Assembly (NCBI GenBank): GCA_050613775.1
Contig: JBODTK010000108.1
Location: forward strand, 372,001 to 436,000
Direction of reading: 5' to 3'
From: Neocallimastix sp. 'constans'
Lineage: Eukaryota
Length of the DNA: 64,000 bases
A program made the translations under genes and the position numbers. Below, piece by piece: positions 50,128 through 62,900 of this stretch. Position 1 is the stretch's first letter, and each line of letters begins with the position of its first letter. The notes under the pieces were generated by a model. It had not been told where the DNA came from, ran no database searches, and saw only the letters and a program-made list of their open reading frames with translations.

Positions 50128-50428
50128 GTATCTAGTGCGTTTTGCAATAATGCATTTCGCAATGTGGCGTGTTTTCTTATATGGCTTGTTTTTAATAATT
50201 AAATAAATAATAATTAAATAAATAATAAATATTCTTTTTTTTATATATAATTTATTAATATTCAATTGTAAAAATAATATTTTATAGTTCTTTTTTAATA
50301 GAATATATTATTATTTCTTTTAAAATAATAATAATTTATACATTTATTTATGATTGTATAGAATATCTTAAAAATGTATGGCTTTATTTTAAATTAATTA
50401 TATGCCACATTTGAAATGCACGATCCCC
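50128..50428. mobile_element. Mutator-like MITE, related subfamily
   Basis: Perfect 9-bp TSD TATGATATT at 50119-50127 and 50429-50437; imperfect inverted ends TGCATTTCGCAATGTGGC / GCCACATTTGAAATGCA. Confidence 0.78.
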
Positions 50429-51175
50429 TATGATATTACCTTTTTATTTTATCATAATTTTTTTATTATATTTCATTATAATTATAAGTTGTATAGTATT
50501 TTATTAATTATCTAATAGTTATCTATATATTTTGTACAAGAATAAAGGTTGTTTTAGTTTAGATTTTAAAACTAGGAGACTTTTTAAATAATTACATATA
50601 AAAAATAAAAAAGATAAAAAAAATTAAATTTAATTTATATTTTAAGCATGGTAGAATATTTTTAATTTATACTTTTATAGATAAAATAAGCAAAATAAAA
50701 TAAAATATTAGAAATAAAATATAAATGAATAGCATTAAAAAATATATCAGTTAACCAATGAAATTTTGTTTTTGTTTTTCATTATGAGAATATAAATGTT
50801 GTATTAATACTTTGAAATAAATAAAGCATTGATGTATAAGAGTAGTAACAATAATGACTTTAAATAATAAATAATAAATACATATTAAATAATAAATAAT
50901 AAATAATAGATAATAAATAATAAATAATAAATAATAGATAATAAATAATAAATAATAAATAATAAATAATAAATAATAAATATATAAATAATAAATTATG
51001 AGCTACTCATATATTTATCTATTTTATTTATTTATTTATTTATTTATACGTTTTGTATAACATAAATCTATGCTAATACATTTTTAATTTATTTTTAATT
51101 TATTTTATGTAAAATATATCACTTTATAAATCACATGATGTATTATATAAAGGTTACGTTTAATGTATATTTTTA

Positions 51176-51466
51176 GGGTGTGGGGCATTTCGCCAATTTT
51201 TTTGAAAGCATGTGGCGTATTAAAAAAATGTGGCATTTCGCCAAATTGAAAATTATTAAATAAATAAATAAATCAATAAATAAAATTAATTATTATTAAT
51301 ATCGCATAAAAACAATTTTAAAAAAAATATATTTTGAATTAATATTTATTTATTTATTCATTTATTTATATCAATACTCTATTTGTCGAAATGCAACCTG
51401 GCGAAAAGCAACTTGGGGAATTGCAACATTTTAATACTACACCACTTGGCGAAATTTTTACTCTCT
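51176..51466. mobile_element. Mutator-like MITE, homolog of 49719-50022
   Basis: Starts GGGTGTGGGGCATTTCGCCAA and shares the internal TTGAATTAATATTTATT...TATCAATACTC and the right-hand GGCGAAA/GCAAC repeats. No clear TSD. Confidence 0.78.
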
Positions 51467-51621
51467 GTTAACCTTATATACAATTACTGTATAATAAATT
51501 TATTATAATATTAATAAAGCTAATAGATTAAGAGTCTCAATTACGCACTCTTAGTTTATATTATTAAAACGTTTTAAACTTTAAATTTTTCAAAACAATT
51601 GTTTTTTTATTAATTACGAAA

Positions 51622-52645
51622 ATGAACTGTACTTATAGTATGCCAAAGGAATACTTCCTTCACGGCGCTATCAATTTCAGCCATTGGAAATTCGCACTTA
51701 CCATGGTCGCTAAATGATTACGACTTGAAGAATTTCTTAAAACTGATGTAGTCAGTCAAATTAACACCAATGATTATAGATTTAATCTAAACAGGAATGA
51801 TGCCACAACAAATGTAGTCATCACAAAAATGATGAACCACCTAAGACTAAAGAAAAATTGGAAGTTATACATTCGGATATTTCTGGACCTATGAATCCTT
51901 CAATAGATAATAAAAAATGTTTTATTACTTTTATGGATGAATTTCCAAGAAAAGTTTGGATTTTCATACTGAAATTCAAATACGAGGAACCAGATATTAT
52001 TATTGAATTCTTTAAATACTTAAATAATCAGTTTAAAGAATTATCAATTAAAAAATTTAGAACTGATAAGGGTAAAGAAAATAAAAATAAGAAAATTAAT
52101 ATATCATGTAAAGAATATAGTATAGAAAAACTATATTCTGCACAGTATAGCTCCGAAATAAATGGAAAAGCAGAAAGAATCAATCAAGCCTTAGTTATTG
52201 CTGCTATTACACTCCTACATTGGGCAAGTACGTCTGAAAATTTTTGGGAATACGCCATTAAATAAGCTTGCCATATATATAATAAAATACCACATTCTGG
52301 AAACAAAAACTTAATTCCAGATGAAGTATTGAAGATAAAAAGGTATCTATAAAACACTTAAGAACATTTGGTTGGGTGTGCTATCATAAAAATTTTACTC
52401 AACATAAGCCAAAATTCGCACTAAACGGGAAAAAAGGAATATTTCTAGGTTTCGATAATCAAACTTACTCATATATAGTTATGGATGAAAAAGATTTAAA
52501 TATTCATCACGTTAGAGAAGTTGAGTAATTAGAAAATGAACCTTCAAATTTCAAATATAAAAATACATCATGGGAAGACCCTTATTTTGCCTTTGAAAAC
52601 CTAAACAGAAATGAAATGGGACCTATTATTAACAATAGTGAAGAA
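51622..52645 (+). mobile_element. Ty1/copia LTR-retrotransposon relic (gag start fused to integrase and SH3-like region)
   Basis: gag-like LHGAINFSHWKF; integrase core VIHSDISGP, FMDEF, FRTDKGKE, INGKAERINQ, FWEYA; then LRTFG and GIFLGF. Contains stops and frameshifts; no RT/RNase H. Confidence 0.85.
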
Positions 52646-53339
52646 AGAAATAAAATATAAATGAATAGTATTAAATAATATTTCAGTTAACCAATAAAAT
52701 TTTGTTTTTATTTTTCATTATGAGAAATATATGTATATAATATGTTGTATTATATACTTAAAAATAAATAAAGCATTGATATATAATAGTAATAATAACA
52801 ATAATGACTTTAAATAATAAATAATAAATAAATACATATTAAATGATAAATAATAAATAATAAATAAATAAATAATAATTAATAATTAACAATTAATAAT
52901 TAATAATTAATAATTAATAAATAATAAATAATAAATAATAAACAATAATTAATAAATAATAATTTAATAAAAAAAAAAAGGACGCAACTAATAAATAAAT
53001 AATTAATAAATGTAAATAAATAATAATAAATAAATAAAATGGTATAAATAAATAATAAATAAAAATAAAAAATAATAATTTAACAAATTAATAAAAAAAA
53101 AAAAAAAAGGTCATAACTAATAAATAAAAAAGTATAAATAAATAATAAATAATAAATAAATAAAAAACTATAAATAAAATGTTATTTTATTATTAATTAG
53201 AAATATATTTAAACATTTTAATTTTATTATGAAATAAAATTATAAAAAAAATGAAATAATAAAAAAAAAAATTTTTTTTTTTCCATTATGGCTTTATATT
53301 ATTATAAAATATAAATAATTAAATAATTAATTATTAAAA

Positions 53340-55295
53340 ATGGACACTTCATATATTTATTCATTTGCATATGCAATAGATAATAAAGATATTAATGTAA
53401 TAGAAAATTTAATCAAAAATAATAACAAAAATAATAACAAAAAAAATAAAAAGAACAATAAAAAAAATAATAAAACAAGTAATAAAAAAAGTAATAATCA
53501 AAATAAAAAAAATGATATTATTTTTGAAATGTATGAAAAATCATTGCTTACTTCTAAACGTCTTCAATTTATAATGAAAACTTGTTTAAGTTATTTTAAT
53601 ATATCAACTATTTTAATGAAAAAATTAATAAAGGATAAAAAGGTGACCTTACTTGATATTATTTTTGATAATATAAAATTTTATGATAATGAATTTATTA
53701 TACATTTATTATTAAAACATTATAAAAATAGAATAGCAATATCAACAACAGATTTAAATCGACAAATCTCTCTTGATAAATTTAAAATTTCAACAGATAA
53801 TACATATTTACGTAATAGTGGAAAATATTTATTTAATGAATTTAATAAAGATTGCGTAAATATTATAAAAGTTAAGCATTTAATTGAATATGGAGCAAAT
53901 ATAGCAGAAAGTGATATAAATACAAGAGGGGTTAGCCAAGAAACTCTATTATTTAAAGCCTGTAGAAGTGGAAATGAAACAGCAATAAAATATTTAATTG
54001 AACATGGAGCATATATAAATATAACAAATTGGAAAGATGAAACTCCATTATTTGAGGTATGTGGTAATGGAAATGAACCAATAGTAAAATATTTAGTTGA
54101 ACATGGAGCAGATATAAATATAAAAAATACGGATGGTGAAACTCCGTTATTTAAGGCATGTTACAGTGAAAATTTAGCAATAGTAAAATATTTAGTTGAA
54201 CATGGAGCAAATATAAATAAAGGAAATGAGAATGGTGAAACTCCATTATTTAAGGCATGTTATAGTGAAAATTTTGCAATAGTAAAATACTTAGTTGACC
54301 ACGGAGCAGATATAAATAAAAAAAAATGGAATGGTGCAACTCCATTTACTGATGTATGCTGTGGTAATAGAAATGAAACAATTATAAAGTATTTAATTGA
54401 ACATGGAGCAGATACAAATATAGAAAATAAGAATGGTGAAAATCCTTTATTTGATCTATGTCATAGTGGAAATGAAGCGTTGGTAAAGTATTTCATTGAA
54501 CATGGAACAGAAGTAAATAAAGAAAATAGATGGGATTTTGAAACTCCATTATTTGAAGCCTGTAGAAGTGGAAATAAAACAATAGTAAAACATTTAATTG
54601 AACATGGTGCATATATAAATAAAATAAATAAAGATGGTGAAACTCCCTTATTTACAGTATGTAGAAGTGGAAATGAAACTTTAGCAAAATATTTAGTTGA
54701 ACATGGAGCAGATACTGATATAAAAAATTGGGATGGTGAAACCCCATTCTTTAATGCCTGTAGAAGTGGTGTCTTATCAGTAGTAAAATATTTAGTTGAA
54801 CATGGAGTAGATATAAATATAGAAAATAAAGATAATGAAACTCCATTATTTAAAGTCTGTAGATGTGGAAATGAAACAATAGTGAAATATTTAATTGAAC
54901 ATGGAGCAGATATAAATAGAGAAAATAAGAATAGTGAAACGCCATTATTTAAAGCCTGTAGAAGTGGAAATGAAACAATAGTGAAATATTTAGTTGAAGA
55001 TGGAGCAGATATAAATAAAAAAAATAAGGATGATGAAACTCCATTATTTAATGCCTGTAGAAGTGGAAATGAAATCGTAGTAAAATATTTAGTTGAACAT
55101 GGAGCAAATATAGATATAAAGGATTGGAATGGTGAAACCTTATTATTTGAAGCCTGTAGAAATGGGAATGAAACCGTAGTAAAATATTTAGTTGAACATG
55201 GATTAAATATAAATATAAAAAATAAAGATGGTGAAACACCATTAGCCATTTCCTATATACCAGAAATAATAGATTATTTAGAAGGCAATGAGTAA
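53340..55295 (+). CDS. Ankyrin-repeat protein (about 14 tandem 33-aa repeats)
   Basis: Intronless 651-aa ORF with repeated GETPLFxACxSGNExIVKYLVEHGADIN (99-bp period) after a ~190-aa N-terminal domain. Confidence 0.92.
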   Translation: MDTSYIYSFAYAIDNKDINVIENLIKNNNKNNNKKNKKNNKKNNKTSNKKSNNQNKKNDIIFEMYEKSLLTSKRLQFIMKTCLSYFNISTILMKKLIKDKKVTLLDIIFDNIKFYDNEFIIHLLLKHYKNRIAISTTDLNRQISLDKFKISTDNTYLRNSGKYLFNEFNKDCVNIIKVKHLIEYGANIAESDINTRGVSQETLLFKACRSGNETAIKYLIEHGAYINITNWKDETPLFEVCGNGNEPIVKYLVEHGADINIKNTDGETPLFKACYSENLAIVKYLVEHGANINKGNENGETPLFKACYSENFAIVKYLVDHGADINKKKWNGATPFTDVCCGNRNETIIKYLIEHGADTNIENKNGENPLFDLCHSGNEALVKYFIEHGTEVNKENRWDFETPLFEACRSGNKTIVKHLIEHGAYINKINKDGETPLFTVCRSGNETLAKYLVEHGADTDIKNWDGETPFFNACRSGVLSVVKYLVEHGVDINIENKDNETPLFKVCRCGNETIVKYLIEHGADINRENKNSETPLFKACRSGNETIVKYLVEDGADINKKNKDDETPLFNACRSGNEIVVKYLVEHGANIDIKDWNGETLLFEACRNGNETVVKYLVEHGLNINIKNKDGETPLAISYIPEIIDYLEGNE

Positions 55296-57899
55296 TAATA
55301 ATTTCTACCATAGAGTCATTATCTTCAGCATCAAACCATAAATTTATGATTTTAGTAATATTAATGGATTTAAGTATATTTATATTTGTTTAAAAAAATT
55401 TTTTTCTTTATTTTTTTTTTTGTATTACTCATTCAATCTCTCAAATATATAGTGGGGATAGTTTAATTTTCAAAAAAAAAAAAAATTATGAAAGTAATGA
55501 AATATTATACATATCATTTAACCAAGAGAATCAACATCAAATCGACATGACAAAAAAAAAAAAAAAGAAACCTCTATTATTCTATTACTAATCCTTTCGA
55601 ATTCATCGAACAAAAATAGTAATAGTTGACTCCTCTAAATAATTTAAAATTTTTCATTATATTTTTATTATATTTTCATTACATTGACTTTTTTTTTAAA
55701 ATGAAAAAAAAAATTATATATATATAAGAAGATATACCAAGTATAATATAATATTAATAAAAAAAATTTTTTTTATAATACACTTTCTTTTTTTTTTTTT
55801 TTTTTTTTTTTTTGATTTTCAAAAAAGTTTTCAGTATTTTTAAATTATAACATATAATATTGAAAGCTCATATGAAAAAATATATATAATAATAACTGTA
55901 ATATCATATATATATATATATATTTTTCTATAATAATACTTTAAATTAAATAAATACACTTTTTTCTTCTATGGGAAATTTTATTGTAAATTATTATTTT
56001 TTTCTTCTTTTAATTATTGATATTTAGAAATAAAATCATTACAAATATAAATATAGAGATTTTTTTTTCTTTTTTTATTTTAAAAATGACTTTACACATT
56101 TTTTAGTTATAGAAAGGATAGTAATTAGGATGTGTATTTCGGAATTAACTTTAAATGGGATTAAGAGAAAAAAAAAATAATAATAATAACAATAATAATA
56201 ATAATAATAATAATAATAAGTTAAGAAAAATAAAAAACTTTTCCTAAAAAAAAAAGTGATGGTATTCTAAATTCAATCATAGAATTGATTATAGATGAAG
56301 AAAAAATGGATTGGATAAAATTTTAGAAATTTTGACAAATAATATTAAAAGATGAATATATTAAAAGAAATGTGAATTATAATTAATATTTTTAATACTT
56401 CTAATAACAAATAAATAAATAAATAAAAGGTTATATATTCTCTTCCTAGTCTAAAATATATAAAATATATACATAATTCTCAATCTATAAAATATAATTA
56501 TTAAAATTAAATATTTAAAATATTAAAAATTGCAATAAATAAATGATAATATATTATTCCTTTCAATAATGCAAAAAGATATAATAAAATTAAAATAGTT
56601 ATATATTTCTTATATATTCAAAAGAGAAACTTATTTAATATTTATTTAATCTTAATAAATATTATTATTAAATAATAAATACTATTTTTATTAACAGAAC
56701 ATTTCTTTGCTTACTCTATATTACATTTATGAATATATATATAATAAAAAATAATAATTATAATTAATTAAATAATAAAGATAATAATTAGTAATTAATA
56801 AAGAAGAATATGGATAATGCATAAATATTTTTTTTTTACAAAAAACTTTATATATTCTTAATACTAACATTTAATAATTTTTTAAATTAAAATAGTAAAT
56901 GGTCAACTTTTTTTTTTTTTAATTTCAAGGTTTAAATAAATTTCGTTTTTTATCATTAATTAATAATAAATTATTAATCAATTAATTGGTTAAATTTTAT
57001 TATTTGGTAATTATGTAAACCAATAATAAATCTCATAATAAACTTTTGTATATATTATTACAGATATTTAATTTTTTTTTTTATAATTAATTTTTTTTTT
57101 TTTTAAATTGTGATAATAAATATTCACATTAATTGCTTTCTACTTAAAAATAATTATTTTTCTTTCTTATATATACACTTTTATTTTTAAAAAAAATTAT
57201 ATAAATTTTATATATATAAATATATATTTGAATTTTTGAATTATTTTTTAACAAAAGCAAATAATATTTTGTTAAAAAAAAAAAAAATAAAAATAAAAAG
57301 TATGTATTTTTTTTTATGCGTTTATTATCATTTATGAATAAAAAATTGAAATCTTAGTTATTTCCATATTATAATATTTTAAATATACATATAATGTTTT
57401 GTTTTGAATGATAAAAAATATGACACAAATAGAGCGTTTATTAAAAAATAGGACTTTAATTATTAGGAAAAAAGATTAAAAAAAAAAAAAAAAGACATTA
57501 AATAATATATTATTACATTTTTAAGGTTTTAATTATAAAAATATATTGTTCTTAATTTTTTTTTCTTTCTTTGTTTCAATAATATAACTTATTTATTTTA
57601 TGTTATTGCTATATATAATATATATAATATTTATATAATATATAATATATATTAATATATATGGATATGACTATGAATATGAATATGAGTATGAATATGG
57701 ATATGGATATGGATATGGGATGCATGGTTTAGTATGGTATCTTAATTAAGATTAAAATTTAAACAAATTAAAAAAAATATTCTTTTATATCTATTTAATT
57801 ATTATTAAATATTTATATTTATATATGAATTAAATTGATTATTTTTTTTTTTTTTTTTAATAAAAAAAAAAAAAGTTTCAAAATTTATTTTACCAATTG

Positions 57900-58249
57900 C
57901 TAATATGTTTTGTGATTTTATTCTATGCCAAAATCATAACTAAAAGGAAAGTTTATCATCATTTAAACTTTATCTAATTTTATATTCTCAATTCATTTAC
58001 AATATTGATATTAGTAAAATATATATATAATCAAAAAGAAAGGTATTGTAGTCAAAATAATATTTTCTTAAAAAAAAAAAATACTCTCTCTTAATACACA
58101 ATAGATATCTTGATGAACCCACCTCAAATATGAATTCATAGACCCAACTTATCTTATGAGAAATTATTAAAGATATCATATTTCAATATGAATCCTTTTT
58201 TATTTTAATTATTTCTCATTCTAAGAATAATGCTAAAGATCTTAGTTAA
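57900..58249 (+). pseudogene. Degenerate ABCA nucleotide-binding-domain relic
   Basis: Q-loop-like YCSQNNI at 58044. Walker B/D-loop/H-loop-like LDEPTSNMNS*TQLIL*EII...ILIISHS from 58109, with stops. Confidence 0.6.
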
Positions 58250-59281
58250 CTTTAACCATTATATATATACTTTTAATAATTATGAATGAATAATAGAAGA
58301 AAATATGATATTATTATCACTAATGTATTTAATAATTAATTTATATAAAAAAAAAACATAAAAAAAATTTTTTTTTAATGTTTTTTTTAATTAATATAAA
58401 ATTTAATATTAAAAATAATAATAAATAGTAAATAATAAATAATTGAATAATAAATAATAAATAATAAATAGATAAATAATTGAATAATAAATAAATAATA
58501 ATTTATTAATTAATTAATTATTAATTTAGTCTTTTTTTTTTTTTTTTTTTTTACTATAATTAAATAAAATTTTTTAATTAATTTTATTTTTACTATTTTG
58601 TGGATTATTTACATAACATTTAAATTTTTGATTTGAAATTTTATTTTACTTTAATTAAATTAAATTTAATTAATTTTAATTTTATTTTTAATTTTATTTT
58701 TAATTTCATTTTTATTTTATTATAAAAATATATAAAAAATATATAAAAAATATACAAAAAAAGATTAATAGAAATTTTTGAAAAAAAATTTTTTTTTTTT
58801 TTTATATTTTATTAATATTATTACTATTATTATTATTATTTCTTCCTAATTAACTTAAATCAATAATAATAATGTCAAATATCCAAAAATATACTATTTT
58901 TGAAACATTGATATACATCCATACTAAAAGAACTACTGGTGAAATTTAATCATCCTGTGTAACATACAATAACCTTATTTTCTTAGTATAAAAAAAAAAA
59001 AATTTAATGATATAAAAAAGGATAAACATCTTAATTTCAAATTTCTTTTTCTTCTTTTTTAAATAAAAAAAAAAATTAAAAATAAAAAATAAAAAATAAT
59101 AATAATAAATGAGTAATTAATAAAATAGAAATAATTATGAAAATATAAAAATATTTATATATAATTTATAATTATTTCGTTTATTTTATTAATGAAAAAA
59201 AAAATAAAAATATATGTAAAAAAAAAAAAAAAAAAAAAAAAGAATAAAGAAAAAAGAAAGTTTGGAAGATTGTAATAAATT

Positions 59282-59878
59282 ATGGTATATTATTTAAAAA
59301 TTATTATAATAAATATTTATATACCTAAATATCAAAATTTCTAATTTTTTTTTAATTTGATAAATAAAATCATAAACTAATCGTTAAATATATATACAGA
59401 ATGGGTTATACTTTAAACAGTTGAAAACTCTTACATATAAAAATTACTTGTATAAAAAAAAAAATAGAAAGAAAACTTTTGTGGAATTTTATTTTTTTGC
59501 TTTTATCACTTTTTTTATTGGTAAAATTTAAATAAATAATAAACAAAATTCTCATTAATAATTATTTTTAAATTTGTTTGCAATAATATTAATAAATAAT
59601 AATAGTAACAGTAATAACAATAATGATAATATTATTATTATCATAATAATATTACTAATAATAAACTATCTAATATATAAATATTCAATATAATTTATAA
59701 TATATATATTGAGAATAGTACTGGAATATAGTATTGTTCCTAAAAGTTTATATGAACATAATGAAAAAAGTCATAATGTATACAGTAATGTCATAAATGG
59801 AACAAGTATAAAAGAAAATCTTTTCTCTGAAGAAAAAAGGAATAACATTGGTTTTGTTATTCCAAATAATAATCATAT

Positions 59879-59969
<91 letters not shown>

Positions 59970-62900
59970 AGTAGTAATAGTAATGATTTAATTAATATGA
60001 TATTGGCTAATAAACTACTTCAGGAAGTAGATTTAAAGACACAAATTTTTAATAATGATAAGGATATGGAAGAGTTTTATCGACTCAATACTGATACATT
60101 ATTGGCAGGGATAATAATAAATCAAGATCTTTCATCCTATACTATCAGAGTTGATGGGATTTCTATTCCAAATCCATCATCTATGACTAGAGATATTAGA
60201 ACTCTAGTGAAAAAAGATGTAAATGATTATCTTGATTTATTTACTCCACTTCAAATAGCAATTGATCAAGCCTTAATACAACTAAAAACTGGTGATAAAT
60301 CTATTGATATTACAATGAATATTGGTGAATTACCTGAAAAAGAAAATGATGAAAAATTATATTTAACGATCATTGATGTCATAAGCATTTTTATGATAGA
60401 AATAATCTACATCCTACCAATAGTTAATGTTATTCAATTAATGGTAATAGAAAATAAATCAAAAATTAAATTTTATCTACTATCGGTAGGATTACACCCT
60501 TCCTCCATTTGGATTTCATGGTACATTTCAAATATCATTTATTTTATTGGTTTAGTATCCCTGATGTGTATATTATTTGCTGCCTTCAGGGTGTTCCCAC
60601 TTTTTATTTGTATAAGTTTATTTGTATTTCTTTTTATTTTTTGTAACTCATTAATTACTATAGGTCTTCTACTTTCAACACTATTTAAAAATCCAAAGAC
60701 TTCCTATTCTGTTACCGATATATTTCTTACCCTCTTTGGCATAACCTATATTCTTTTTCATTATTGTTCTAAAGACATCCAATTGGTGATGTCATTCATT
60801 TTATCACCTATTTCTTTTGGTTTAGCTGCTGAAAAATTGATGTTATTCCCAAAATCATCATCATTGATTTCTATCGTCACTAACAAAGAAATTATACTTC
60901 CCATGATTGGTTTAATTTGGAATACAATACTCTATTTCATCATAGCCATACTATTTGATTATTTCTTTTCTGAAAAAAATCAAAGTTTCATAACGTTAGG
61001 AAGAAAAAAAAGATTTAAAAATAAAAATTTAAATACAAATAAAAGAGATTCAATTGCTACGAATCAAAATGACATCGAAGAATATCATGGCTATGAAAGT
61101 AGCTATATAGAAGTTAAAAATTTAATTAAAGAATATAAAGATTATAAATCAATAATTTTAGCCATTAATAATGTATCTTTTAAAGCCTATAAAAATGAAA
61201 TATTTTGTATATTGGGTCATAATGGAGCAGGAAAAACAACACTTTTTAATATTATAACTCATTTAATTCAACCGGATAATGGTATCATTACTTTCAATGG
61301 AAATGAATTAAATAAAAATATATCTGATATTCGACAAGATATGGGTAAGTAAAAAAAAAAAATAGTAATTATTTATTTGTTTTTTTAGAAAAAATAAAAA
61401 TATATATATATATATTTTTTTTCTTTTATTATAAAAAAAAAAAATTATGTGACTATTTATAAATGTATATATTATTAATATTATTTATACATTATTAATT
61501 TGAAATATTATTAACAATAAATAAATAAATAAATATATATATATATATATATATCTTTCGTATATATCGTATTGTTTTAGGTATATGTACTCAAGATAGT
61601 ATTTTATTTGATTTATTATCTGTCAAAGAAAATATAAAAATATTTTGTAGGCTAAAGGGAATGAAAGATAATGTAGATGAGATTTTGAATAAGGTTGATT
61701 TATGGAACAAAAAAGAAACTGAAGTTGAAAATCTTAGTGGAGGTCAAAAAAGGAAATTATGTATAGGTATTTCGATTTTAGGAAATCCAAAATATTTATT
61801 TATAGATGAACCAACCACCGGACTTGATCCGGTTTCTAGACGACATGTTTGGCGATTACTTTCTTCCTTAAAAAAGGATAAAATAATTATTTTAACAACA
61901 AATTATATGGATGAGGCAGATAAATTAGCTGACCGTAAACTTATATTATCTAATGGAATAATACGTTGTCTTGGAACCAGTCTTTATCTAAAAAATCATT
62001 TCAATAGGATGTACAGTTTACTGATTAAAACAAAATATTTTAATGAAATAAATCAAATCGTTCAATCTTTTGTTCTTACCGCCATCTTTGATAATACTTC
62101 CTTACCTTCTGATTTTAATATCGTTGATGAAATCGTGCGTAAATCTGAACATAATTATTTATGGAGATTACCATTAGATTCAATAAAAAATTTTAAACTA
62201 CTTTTTAAAGAATTAAATCGATTTAAAAAGCAAGGAGTGATAAAAAATTACTCAATTAAGTCACCATCCTTAGAGGAGTTGTTTATAAAACTTACAAAAA
62301 ATGATTCATTATCTAGTGAAGAAATAACTTCAGAGAAAAAAAAATTAAAATTAAATAAAAATAAAATTTCAACGAAGGATAATGAAATTTTAATTATAAA
62401 AGATTATATGGATTTACCAAGGCCATCTCCTCATCAAAAAGTATCTTCCTTTACGAAATTACGAAGATTAATTAAATTAAGGTATAAAATTTATCTTAGA
62501 GATAAATTATTCCTATTCAATGCTTTTTTCATTCCGGTTCTGTTATCTCTTGGGCTCTTTTTCGTCTTAAAATATTTTAAGAGCATTAATTATAATAAAA
62601 TTATAGAATTTAAAGAGGCAGAAATTTCACCCTACACCATTTATAATCAAGAAATATGGAATTATGATATCAACAGTTCTAATTTAGGAAAAGAATTTTT
62701 CTTAAATCATTCACCTCTCACCAATATTGAATATAATAATATTACAAGTTTCAACAACTATACCTATTCTCCTTTATACAATAAGGAATATATTTCATCC
62801 ATATCCGGAATGTTATTAGAAAATACTAGTAGTACTTATATCTTTGATCTCTATTATAATCAAACTAAACTTCATTCTGTTCCAGCGGTGGTTAACCATA

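Larger units (their letters stand above)
50710..52930 (+). repeat. Dispersed direct repeat of ~250 bp (50710-~50990 and 52646-~52930)
   Basis: Both copies read AGAAATAAAATATAAATGAATAG...CAGTTAACCAAT...CATTATGAGAA...AAAGCATTGAT...ACAATAATGACTTTAAATAATAAA. Confidence 0.8.

Noticed and set aside
49719..51466. CRISPR-like reading of the GCATTTCGCCAA repeats
   Set aside because: Repeats are short, inverted at element ends and lack regular unique spacers; eukaryotic context with no cas genes.
54461..55311. 262-aa and 87-aa minus-strand ORFs
   Set aside because: Antisense to the ankyrin repeats; a periodic shadow of the sense frame.
55380..56400. Short moderately GC-rich patches as exons of an extra gene
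   Set aside because: Could not be joined into a consistent spliced frame or matched to a motif.
57661..57732. Met-rich mini-ORF MDMTMNMNMSMNMDMDMDMGCMV resembling copper-binding Mets motifs
   Set aside because: Explained by a degenerate (ATATGN)n hexamer microsatellite; no splice or context support.
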